A stretch of 64,000 bases of DNA from Desulfobacterales bacterium (lineage in GTDB: Bacteria; Desulfobacterota; Desulfobacteria; Desulfobacterales; SURF-7). Shown in pieces: positions 46,552 through 54,372 of this stretch. Within the stretch, counting starts at the first letter, position 1. Each line of letters starts with the position of its first letter. The notes beneath the pieces were generated by a model. It saw nothing but the letters and a program-made list of their open reading frames with translations. It was not told the origin of the DNA and searched no databases. Location of the stretch: NCBI GenBank assembly GCA_046484745.1, contig JAWOIJ010000058.1, forward strand, positions 3,937-67,936, in the 5' to 3' direction. Position numbers and translations under genes: made by a program.

Positions 46552-47862
46552 ATGGTCACCATTGAATCGTTAGTGTCAAGAGAGGATGGGATTGCGGTTG
46601 TCGGTCTTGGATATGTGGGGCTGCCTCTGGCTTTGCATCTTTCAATGCATTTTAAAGTAATGGGGTTTGACCTGAACCCTGAACGGATATCAGAGCTCAA
46701 GAAAGGCCATGACCGAACACGTGAAGCCGGCGAGGAGGATCTTCGCAAAGCGAATATTTTTTATACAGACAACCCGGAGGACCTGGCATCCTGCAGAATG
46801 GTTATTGTGGCGGTGCCTACTCCCATCGATGAATACCGTATCCCGGATCTTAAACCGGTTCGCATTGCGGCTTCACTTGTGGGGAAAACCATGAGAAAAG
46901 GGACCTGTGTTGTTTTTGAATCAACGGTCTACCCGGGAGTCACGGAAGAGATTTGTGTCCCGATCCTTTCGAAAGAATCCGGGCTGCAATTTGAGAAGGA
47001 TTATACCGTCGGTTATTCCCCGGAGAGAATCAATCCAGGGGACAAGATCCACACCATCGATAAGATCGTAAAAATCGTATCCGGTTCTGATGATAAGACA
47101 CGCCGGCTTCTTGCGGCGGTTTATGGAAAGATTGTAAAAGCAGGAATCCATGAGGCATCCTCCATTAAAGTAGCGGAAGCCGCAAAGGTAATTGAAAACA
47201 CGCAAAGAGATCTCAATATCGCGTTAATGAATGAACTCGCTCTTATTTTTGATAAAATGAAGATCGATACTACCGAAGTGCTTGAGGCTGCAGGTACCAA
47301 GTGGAATTTTCTACCTTTTAAACCCGGTCTTGTCGGGGGACACTGTATCGGCGTCGACCCATACTATCTTACTTTCAAGGCAGAAGCACTTGGGTACCAC
47401 CCGGAAATGATTCTTGCCGGGAGAAGAATCAACGATGTGATGGGTAAACATGTCGCGGAAAGGGTAGTCAAGATGCTGATCAATTCAAAAAAACAGGTTC
47501 ATAAAGCCAGGGTTGCGATTTTGGGCATAACGTTCAAAGAGGACGTCCCGGATCTTCGGAACACAAAAGTGACTGACATCATACGTGAGCTCAGCGATTA
47601 CGGTATCGAGACGCTTGTGCATGATCCTTTTGCGGATTCTGCTGAAGCGATGAAATATTACGGAATTCAGTTGAGAGAGATGGAAACCATTACAGATGTT
47701 GATGCCGTTGTCCTTGCCGTCACCCACAGCCCCTATAAAAAGCTCGGGATTGAAGAGATTTCAGGGTTATGCGGCAGGCGGAAGCCCATTCTGATCGATG
47801 TCAAGGGGCTTTTCAGCCCGGCAGAAGCAGCAGAAAAAAAGATCACCTACTGGCGTCTTTGA
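46552..47862 (+). CDS. nucleotide-sugar (UDP-N-acetyl-hexosamine type) dehydrogenase
   Basis: 436 aa. Motifs: IAVVGLGYVGLPLA, YSPERINPGD, GLVGGHCIGVDPYY (catalytic Cys). Confidence 0.9.
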   Translation: MVTIESLVSREDGIAVVGLGYVGLPLALHLSMHFKVMGFDLNPERISELKKGHDRTREAGEEDLRKANIFYTDNPEDLASCRMVIVAVPTPIDEYRIPDLKPVRIAASLVGKTMRKGTCVVFESTVYPGVTEEICVPILSKESGLQFEKDYTVGYSPERINPGDKIHTIDKIVKIVSGSDDKTRRLLAAVYGKIVKAGIHEASSIKVAEAAKVIENTQRDLNIALMNELALIFDKMKIDTTEVLEAAGTKWNFLPFKPGLVGGHCIGVDPYYLTFKAEALGYHPEMILAGRRINDVMGKHVAERVVKMLINSKKQVHKARVAILGITFKEDVPDLRNTKVTDIIRELSDYGIETLVHDPFADSAEAMKYYGIQLREMETITDVDAVVLAVTHSPYKKLGIEEISGLCGRRKPILIDVKGLFSPAEAAEKKITYWRL

Positions 47863-47984
47863 GGCAGGGGGCCGCTTATTTTTTAAGCTTTACCAGGTCA
47901 TTATACAGAAATCCGTCTCCCGACCGAATGGTCGCAACCGATCCGTCACTTCCGGAAAAAGCGATGATGATCAGTTCCCCTTGT

Positions 47985-49376
47985 CTATGCTGTTCTTTTG
48001 CCATTGGATCTGATTTCGGAGACATTGATCCCGAATTTTTTTATTTTGTAATGGATTGCCCTGCGGCTGATTCCCAGCAGTTCTGCGGCGTCTTTTTGTA
48101 CGCCATTGGTTTGTCTCAGCGCGCGAAGGATCGTGCTGCATTCACTGTCTTTCAGTGAAAAAGAATCCGGTTCGGGTGATGACAGACTGTCAGGGAGGTC
48201 GGGAAGTCCGGCAAGACGAAGATCATCCGTGAGCAGGACACTGTTTCTGCACAGAACAACACCGGCTTCCAGGGCATTTTTCAGTTCCCGTACATTTCCA
48301 GGCCACGGATAGTTGATGAGCCATTTCTGGGTTTCAGGCGGAAGTTCTACAAGAGGAAGCCCATTACTGGTGCAGAATGACGTCACAAAATGATTGGCAA
48401 GAGACAGGATTTCTTCTTTTCTCTCCCTGAGCGGAGGGATCGTAAGGGTCACAACCCTGAGCCTGTAATAAAGGTCTTCCCGAAATCGTCCGGCTTTAAT
48501 ATCTTCACCCAGATCGGAGTTGGTGGCCGCGATTACTCGGCAGTCAATCGGAATTTCCCGCAGTTCTCCGATTCTCCTGATCTTTCGGTCTTCCAGAAAG
48601 CGGAGAAGGCGTGTCTGCATTTCCGGTGAGATATTGCCGATTTCATCCAGGAAGAGGGTCCCCAGATCCGCTTCTTCGATCAACCCTTTTTTATCCCGGA
48701 CAGCATGCGTGAACGCACCCCGTACATGCCCGAAGAGTGCACTTTCAAGGAGTCCGGAAGGCGTAGATCCGCAATCTACAACCACAAGCGGATTTTCCTG
48801 ACGCGGGCTCTGGTTGTGGATCTGGCGTGCCGCATATTCCTTTCCGGATCCGCTTTCCCCGAGAATCAGCACATTGACATTGCTTGGTGCGACTTTATTG
48901 ACAAGCTCATACAGCTCTTTCATTGCCGGACTTCTTTCAGAATCTTCCGCCGTCGTGCGCTTTTCAACGGTATATCCGGTATTTTCGATATCCTCAGGTG
49001 GAGCCGGGATTTCCTTCATGATCTTGCGAAGCTTTTTTAAAAGATTCTGACCGTCAAACGGTTTGGCGATATAGTCTACAGCTCCTGCCTTCATTGCATT
49101 CACGGCATCCTGGATCGTGCCGTATGCGGTTAGAAAAATGACAGGGAGATCCGGGCGTGAAGAACGAACCTCCTGGAACAGATCCATTCCTCCCATGCCG
49201 GGCATTTTCATATCGGTAATCATCAGGTCGATCTTGTTTAAATCCAGAATGTTGATCGCTTCATGGGCATTGGCGGCCTTGTAAACCCTAAATCCGTTTG
49301 AAAGAAGCCTGGCCTCCAGAACTTCAAGAACATTCAGATCATCATCCACGATTAAAATATTTTTTACGGAACTCAA
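47985..49376 (-). CDS. sigma-54-dependent response regulator (NtrC family)
   Basis: 463 aa. REC: LMITDMKMPGMGG. AAA+ Walker A: GESGSGKE. Sigma-54 contact loop reads GAFTHA rather than GAFTGA. C-terminal Fis-type HTH: AAELLGISRRAIHYKIKKFG. Confidence 0.92.
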   Translation of the reverse strand: MSSVKNILIVDDDLNVLEVLEARLLSNGFRVYKAANAHEAINILDLNKIDLMITDMKMPGMGGMDLFQEVRSSRPDLPVIFLTAYGTIQDAVNAMKAGAVDYIAKPFDGQNLLKKLRKIMKEIPAPPEDIENTGYTVEKRTTAEDSERSPAMKELYELVNKVAPSNVNVLILGESGSGKEYAARQIHNQSPRQENPLVVVDCGSTPSGLLESALFGHVRGAFTHAVRDKKGLIEEADLGTLFLDEIGNISPEMQTRLLRFLEDRKIRRIGELREIPIDCRVIAATNSDLGEDIKAGRFREDLYYRLRVVTLTIPPLRERKEEILSLANHFVTSFCTSNGLPLVELPPETQKWLINYPWPGNVRELKNALEAGVVLCRNSVLLTDDLRLAGLPDLPDSLSSPEPDSFSLKDSECSTILRALRQTNGVQKDAAELLGISRRAIHYKIKKFGINVSEIRSNGKRTA

Positions 49377-49456
49377 AATAAAACCCCTTTCAGTGTACTT
49401 TTGGGGATAGGTTTATCGGATTACACCATCAACCATCTTTTGTTATTCAATTCAAT

Positions 49457-50095
49457 TCAATTTGAATTGGTTGAAATATCCTTTTTTTTCTCAAAAATGT
49501 CCTGATCGATCTCTTCCAGGGATCTGATTTGATGCCTCAGTGTTTCAACCTCATTTTCCATGATGTTAAGCTGTTTCTGGAGTTGAAGAATTTTGTCGTC
49601 CCTGGTTTTTAACATTTCCGAGCTATCTTCGTTATCATCAATCTGTTTTCCGGAACTTGTTTTTTGCTTAATTTTTTCCAGAATCGCTCTGTCTGAAAAG
49701 AGCGGTTCAAGCATTCGCGGATCTTCATCAGCAAGTTCCGAAGGAGCTATCCTACTCCATGCATCCCAGAGAATGATCGCTTCATCAAGGTCTTTTCTGT
49801 TCTCAGAGAGAATCAGTCGCGTGCAGGCGAGACCATACAGTGCCTTTCGGCGAATTTCTGCATTGCCGGCAAGCTGACTCAGCCTCTGGTATATTTCAAG
49901 CGCTTTTGGATAATCTTCATTTTGGAAGGCTTCATGTCCCTTCCGCAGGGTCGCGTTATTCGAGTCATAGATGCCTTTGTTTATCTGAAAACCCTGGAAT
50001 TGTTGGTTCTGGCTGCATCCAGAACCGCAGCATATAAAAAAGAAAATGAAGAGAACCTTGAAGTGAGAGATTCCTGATTGTGATTTTTGTAACAT
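49457..50095 (-). CDS. lipoprotein with a TPR-like segment and a C-terminal coiled coil
   Basis: 212 aa. Signal/lipobox: FIFFFICCGSGCSQ. TPR-like: YPKALEIYQRLSQLAGNAEIRRKALYGLA. Heptad-rich C-terminus: ILQLQKQLNIMENEVETLRHQIRSLEE. Confidence 0.7.
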   Translation of the reverse strand: MLQKSQSGISHFKVLFIFFFICCGSGCSQNQQFQGFQINKGIYDSNNATLRKGHEAFQNEDYPKALEIYQRLSQLAGNAEIRRKALYGLACTRLILSENRKDLDEAIILWDAWSRIAPSELADEDPRMLEPLFSDRAILEKIKQKTSSGKQIDDNEDSSEMLKTRDDKILQLQKQLNIMENEVETLRHQIRSLEEIDQDIFEKKKDISTNSN

Positions 50096-50122
50096 AATTA
50101 TTTTAAAATATAAATAGTTAGA

Positions 50123-51571
50123 TTATTTTCGACCGGCAACCGGAAGACTGAAACAGAATGTGCTTCCCTGGTTGTCCTTACTTTCCACCCAGATATCTCC
50201 ACCATGCGCCTTTATAATATGCTTTGAGATGTTCAGTCCGAGCCCAACGCCATCGATATTGTCTCTTGTATTTCTGGCCTGATAATATTTATTAAAAATA
50301 AGGGATTGTTCTTCTTCAGGAATTCCAGGACCGTTGTCTTTGACGAAAAAAAGGAGATTCGCACGGTTTTTGGTCGGTTTGATTCCAACACTGACTTTGC
50401 TTCCAGGAACTGAAAATTTGATTGCATTATCCATAAGGTTATAGAACACACGTTGTAAATATTCAGGATCTCCTATAATATCAGGCAAATCCGAAGGTAT
50501 GCTCGCGGCCATACGGATATTTTTTGTATCAGCCACGTGGCTTAAGCGACTGATACAACTCGAGACAAAAGCGGATGTCTTAATGGATTGCTGCTTGATA
50601 TTAAGGTCTATTGACTCCAGTCTTGAAACTTGCATCAAATGGTTTAACAGGTCGCAGATCCTGCCGATCTCGGTACTTGCAATTTCAAGAAATTTTCTTT
50701 GACGCGTATTGATTTCACCCATTACTTCTTCGACAATCATATTTACTGATTCACGGGTTGAAGTCAAGGGGGTTCTGATCTCATGGCTTAACATCCCGAT
50801 AAAGTCAGACCTCATCCGCTCTTCCTCTTTGAGTTGGATAGCCATCTCATTAAAGGCCTTTGCCAATTCTCCAAATTCATCTTTTGAACGGACACGAATC
50901 GGCTTGCTGAAACGATCATTTGAGATGGAACGGATTCCCTTCAATAGTTCTTTCAAAGGTCGTATCATTGAATAGGATAAAAAAAGGATTCCAATCAGCC
51001 CGACAATGCTTGAAAAAGCTAACCCTACAAGAGTGTTCCTGGAAGAGATCTGGCCTTTCTGGTTCAGCTCTCTGGTCGCAATTTCAATTTTCCTTTCGTT
51101 TGCAGTCCTGATGTTGGATATGGTTTTGATCCACCGGTTAATTTTTTGTTCGGGAATCCATAAATTTTCCACCTTGATGTCGCTTTTATTTTTACCCTTA
51201 TTAGCGGAATATTCACGAAACTCAGTTGCCATGACATTCCACTCATCTGATATTTTGTTCCCTTTTTCCGTAAGCTTCAATATTCTGGAAAGGTTTTTGT
51301 CGAATTCACCTTGAGCAGATATAAAGTATTCAATATAAATGTCTTTTTTTAACAACTCATATTTCTTATCACTTTCCTCCATGCTCAATAAATTTTCGAT
51401 CATCTTTTTCGATGTATATGAAATTTCAAAATTATGATTAACGATATTTTCCGATATATTTACAAGCTGTTGAATGCTTATAAACAGGACAAGTATGGTT
51501 CCGAAAAAAATAGAGATAAAAAAGAAAAACCATATCAGAAGTTTGCTTGTTATTCCGAATTTAGGCTTCAT
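50123..51571 (-). CDS. sensor histidine kinase (2 TM, periplasmic domain, HAMP, HisKA, HATPase)
   Basis: 482 aa. H-box MLSHEIRTPLTS; DNGPGIP; GVGLGLNISKHII. Confidence 0.92.
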   Translation of the reverse strand: MKPKFGITSKLLIWFFFFISIFFGTILVLFISIQQLVNISENIVNHNFEISYTSKKMIENLLSMEESDKKYELLKKDIYIEYFISAQGEFDKNLSRILKLTEKGNKISDEWNVMATEFREYSANKGKNKSDIKVENLWIPEQKINRWIKTISNIRTANERKIEIATRELNQKGQISSRNTLVGLAFSSIVGLIGILFLSYSMIRPLKELLKGIRSISNDRFSKPIRVRSKDEFGELAKAFNEMAIQLKEEERMRSDFIGMLSHEIRTPLTSTRESVNMIVEEVMGEINTRQRKFLEIASTEIGRICDLLNHLMQVSRLESIDLNIKQQSIKTSAFVSSCISRLSHVADTKNIRMAASIPSDLPDIIGDPEYLQRVFYNLMDNAIKFSVPGSKVSVGIKPTKNRANLLFFVKDNGPGIPEEEQSLIFNKYYQARNTRDNIDGVGLGLNISKHIIKAHGGDIWVESKDNQGSTFCFSLPVAGRK

Positions 51572-51715
51572 GAATCCGGTTTCCAGATGAAAGGGTAATC
51601 ATTAAAGAGCATTGAAGATGGAACAACGCTTCGGGACTTTTGCTTTCCGCTGTTAAATACTTCAAACAGTCAGAAACAACAATAGAAAACTGGAGGAACC
51701 GGTTTCACATCCGAT

Positions 51716-51757
51716 GTGTGCAAATATCGTAACCGAGTGTGCAAAACCCGTAACTCA
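51716..51757 (+). promoter_or_regulatory. tandem 21-bp direct repeat (candidate enhancer/UAS)
   Basis: GTGTGCAAATATCGTAACCGA (51716-51736) and GTGTGCAAAACCCGTAACTCA (51737-51757) match at 16 of 21 positions. A third GTGCA sits 21 nt further on (51760). The adjacent 13-nt palindrome CACATccgATGTG (51706-51718) overlaps the first unit. Confidence 0.5.
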
Positions 51758-51828
51758 AGGTGCATTTTCGCCGCCGGGATTTCAAAGAATCGTTATGATT
51801 ATCGAGCAAAATATCATTGATTTGATTG

Positions 51829-51845
51829 CGGCACGCATTTTGCTT
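51829..51845 (+). promoter_or_regulatory. sigma-54 (-24/-12) promoter
   Basis: cGGCACGcattTTGCTt versus the consensus TGGCACG-N4-TTGCW. GG at 51830-51831 and GC at 51842-51843 (GG-N10-GC). About 155 nt upstream of the small ORF and divergent from the NtrC-type operon. Confidence 0.7.
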
Positions 51846-51998
51846 GATGGCAGGCTAATGATGACGATGACGGTAAGACTTTCTATGCAGATTTTGTAAT
51901 AATAAAGAGTAATATCGCAATGGGGTTTAAATTTTTTGGATCGAGCGAACAATCAATTTCCAGGCTTTTTACAAATAAAAAACAGCGGGGAGGATACG

Positions 51999-52178
51999 TT
52001 GAAATCTTACATTGATCTAAAAGACAAGAGAAGCGGACTTGACCGGAGAATGTTCTCATATTCTCTTTATATCCCTGAAAGACGTACCGACAAAGACAGG
52101 AGGTTCAATTTATCCCGGAAAAACCTGGATCAATCTTATCAAACCGGGGCTATCGAGATCCGTGCGGCTTACAATTAA
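51999..52178 (+). CDS. 59-aa Arg-rich small protein with DRR/ERR/DRR motifs
   Basis: The ORF is open from 51936. A TTG at 51999 is preceded by GGGGAGGA (51987-51994). Sequence: (M)KSYIDLKDKRSGLDRRMFSYSLYIPERRTDKDRRFNLSRKN... First ORF after the sigma-54 promoter. Confidence 0.55.
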   Translation: MKSYIDLKDKRSGLDRRMFSYSLYIPERRTDKDRRFNLSRKNLDQSYQTGAIEIRAAYN

Positions 52179-52249
52179 TACTTCAGCAGAGCAGACTGGC
52201 TTTTTCAGTAGAATCTGTTATTTGAATCTGGTTGAATCAAGGATCCTGA

Positions 52250-54061
52250 ATGCGAAATACGATATCCGGTAAGGCCACTCTTTTTACAATCTTTCTGTTT
52301 ATAGCCTATCTGTTTTTAATATTTATTTTCCCGATACAGGCCCATTCAGCCGATGTCACGCTGGCCTGGAATAAAAATCTTGAGGGCAATATCGCCGGAT
52401 ACAGGCTTTTTTCCCGTCTGAACAACCAGGGCTATGATTTTATGAATCCGGACTGGGAGGGCAGTGAAACCCAGTGTACCCTGTACGGGTTGAAAGACAG
52501 CAAGGATTATTTTTTTGTCGTAAGAGCTTTTTCGATTGCAGGCTATGAAAGCCGCAATTCCAATGAAGTTTCCTATAACAGCGCTTATAAAACAATATCC
52601 CAGTATTCTAACAAACCCCCGATAGCCGATGCCGGTCCCAATCAGGTTGAGGGAAAAAATGAAACCGTTTTTTTAAATGGACTAAACTCTTTTGATCCGG
52701 ATGACAGTATTGTCTCTTACCGCTGGACCCAGATCAAAGGCACACCGGTGGCGCTTAACAGTTCATCGAATGCAAAGATACAATTTGCAGCCCCGGAAAT
52801 CGTTAAAGATGAGACGCTTGTTTTTAAACTGACGGTGACGGACAACCAAGGCAACCAATCATCGGATACCTGTTTTGTCACGATAACGGAAAACAACATT
52901 CCGCCGTCAAGTGAAGCCGGAGCAACCCAAACGGTCTCCCCCGGAGATTTTGTGGTTCTCGATGGCTCCGATTCTTTTGATCCGGATGACGGCATTCTGT
53001 ATTATAAATGGATACAGCTTACCGGAAGACCGGCGAAACTTTCTAATCCATATGATGTAAAGACAAGCTTTATCGCGCATGACGTCGAATCAAAAGGTGA
53101 AGCCCTCGTGTTTGAACTTCAGGTAACGGATAAAGGGGGGTTGTTCTCAACCGATACGGTAGTTGTCAACATAACAGGAGGCGGGATTCCCCCTTTGGTG
53201 GAAACGATATCCGGGCAGGAGGTTTTTGAAGGAGATACGGTAATTCTGGATACATATCGAGTGGTTGATCCTTCTGACTCGGAGTTGATCTATAAATGGA
53301 AACAGATTGAAGGCCCGGCTGTCGTTTTTTCCGAGACAGATTCCATGGCTCCCAGTTTTGTTGCACCGCAGGTTGATCGCACTGCAGCGATCCTTGTTTT
53401 TGTTCTATCCGTGGAAAATGCGGATGGACTTGTCGGTACAACAGAAATCACTGTTGCGGTGAAGGAGAAGGGAGATTTTGGATTTCCAAATGAGGCTGTT
53501 CCATTTACGTCGGCCTATGGCGATATGCTGGGTGTCAAAATCAAGGGTGACGGGTCTCTCACACGGATAGATGCCATATTTCCGGAGGAGATCGATGATT
53601 CCTTCGACAGCAGAACAGAATCCATGATGTATGGTCTTTTTGAGATGGAGATCAGGGTTGCTCGTCCGGATGACAAGGTATCGGTTATCTTTTTTCTACC
53701 GGGAATTGTTCCGGAAAGCTGTCAGTTCTACAAGTACAGCGACAATGAGGGCGGATGGTATGATTTTACGGAAAATGTATCGTTTAGCAGCAGCCGTGAT
53801 CAGATGGTCATGACCCTGACTGATGGCGGTACCGGAGATGATGACGACACTGCTGGCCGAATTATCATAGATCCATCGGGACTTGCCTTTGGCTCTGGCT
53901 ATCGCAGACCATTGGGAGTTTCTTCCGATAATGGCTCAAGTGGAGGCTGTTTCATCGGGGCGGGGATTGAAGAGGTTTCCCCGAGTTTCGTAAATGTCAA
54001 AGCTGCCTTTAAACGCTGGGCAAGAAAAATCAGTTCCATTCTCCATTCTTTTAACACATAA
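52250..54061 (+). CDS. secreted FN3 + 3 x PKD-like repeat + choice-of-anchor-type domain protein
   Basis: 603 aa. N-terminal TM/signal. FN3: VTLAWNKNLEGNIAGYRLF. Three ~95-aa repeats carrying the SFDPDD..I..Y.W.Q..G motif. C-terminal LTDGGTGDDDDTAGRIIIDPSGLAF is typical of choice-of-anchor domains. Tail contains GSSGGCFIGAG. Confidence 0.85.
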   Translation: MRNTISGKATLFTIFLFIAYLFLIFIFPIQAHSADVTLAWNKNLEGNIAGYRLFSRLNNQGYDFMNPDWEGSETQCTLYGLKDSKDYFFVVRAFSIAGYESRNSNEVSYNSAYKTISQYSNKPPIADAGPNQVEGKNETVFLNGLNSFDPDDSIVSYRWTQIKGTPVALNSSSNAKIQFAAPEIVKDETLVFKLTVTDNQGNQSSDTCFVTITENNIPPSSEAGATQTVSPGDFVVLDGSDSFDPDDGILYYKWIQLTGRPAKLSNPYDVKTSFIAHDVESKGEALVFELQVTDKGGLFSTDTVVVNITGGGIPPLVETISGQEVFEGDTVILDTYRVVDPSDSELIYKWKQIEGPAVVFSETDSMAPSFVAPQVDRTAAILVFVLSVENADGLVGTTEITVAVKEKGDFGFPNEAVPFTSAYGDMLGVKIKGDGSLTRIDAIFPEEIDDSFDSRTESMMYGLFEMEIRVARPDDKVSVIFFLPGIVPESCQFYKYSDNEGGWYDFTENVSFSSSRDQMVMTLTDGGTGDDDDTAGRIIIDPSGLAFGSGYRRPLGVSSDNGSSGGCFIGAGIEEVSPSFVNVKAAFKRWARKISSILHSFNT

Positions 54062-54372
54062 CATCCTTGATTTTTTCATTTTATCCGGTTCCCTTTTTAC
54101 GCCACGTGCAGGTTCAGCCCGACAGAAGGATTTGATAACGACGTTCACCTGTGAAAACCCTGGTTGTTATTTTAAGCCCGGATATCATATTTTTCTTGAA
54201 AAATAGTCTTCCAAGAGATAATAAACAACTATTACAATCCAAAATTATCAAATTTCTGTTTCTCATAATGGCCGGCTCGAAGAAAGTTTCACGGCATGAA
54301 ACTCCAGAAAAGATCGATCTGGATGGTCCGATGGCTTTTTTTCAGGCAGCGTTTATGAGATCGGGAGCATTT

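Noticed and set aside
51714-51899. 61-aa ORF spanning the sigma-54 promoter region
   Set aside because: It overlaps the promoter and the repeat elements, has no RBS and has an implausible composition. The region is better explained as regulatory DNA.
53930-54061. C-terminal GGCFIGAG tail of the 603-aa protein, considered as a recognised CTERM sorting signal (PEP-CTERM, MYXO-CTERM, etc.)
   Set aside because: It lacks the hydrophobic transmembrane stretch and terminal basic cluster that define those signals. I keep it only as an open question in the findings.
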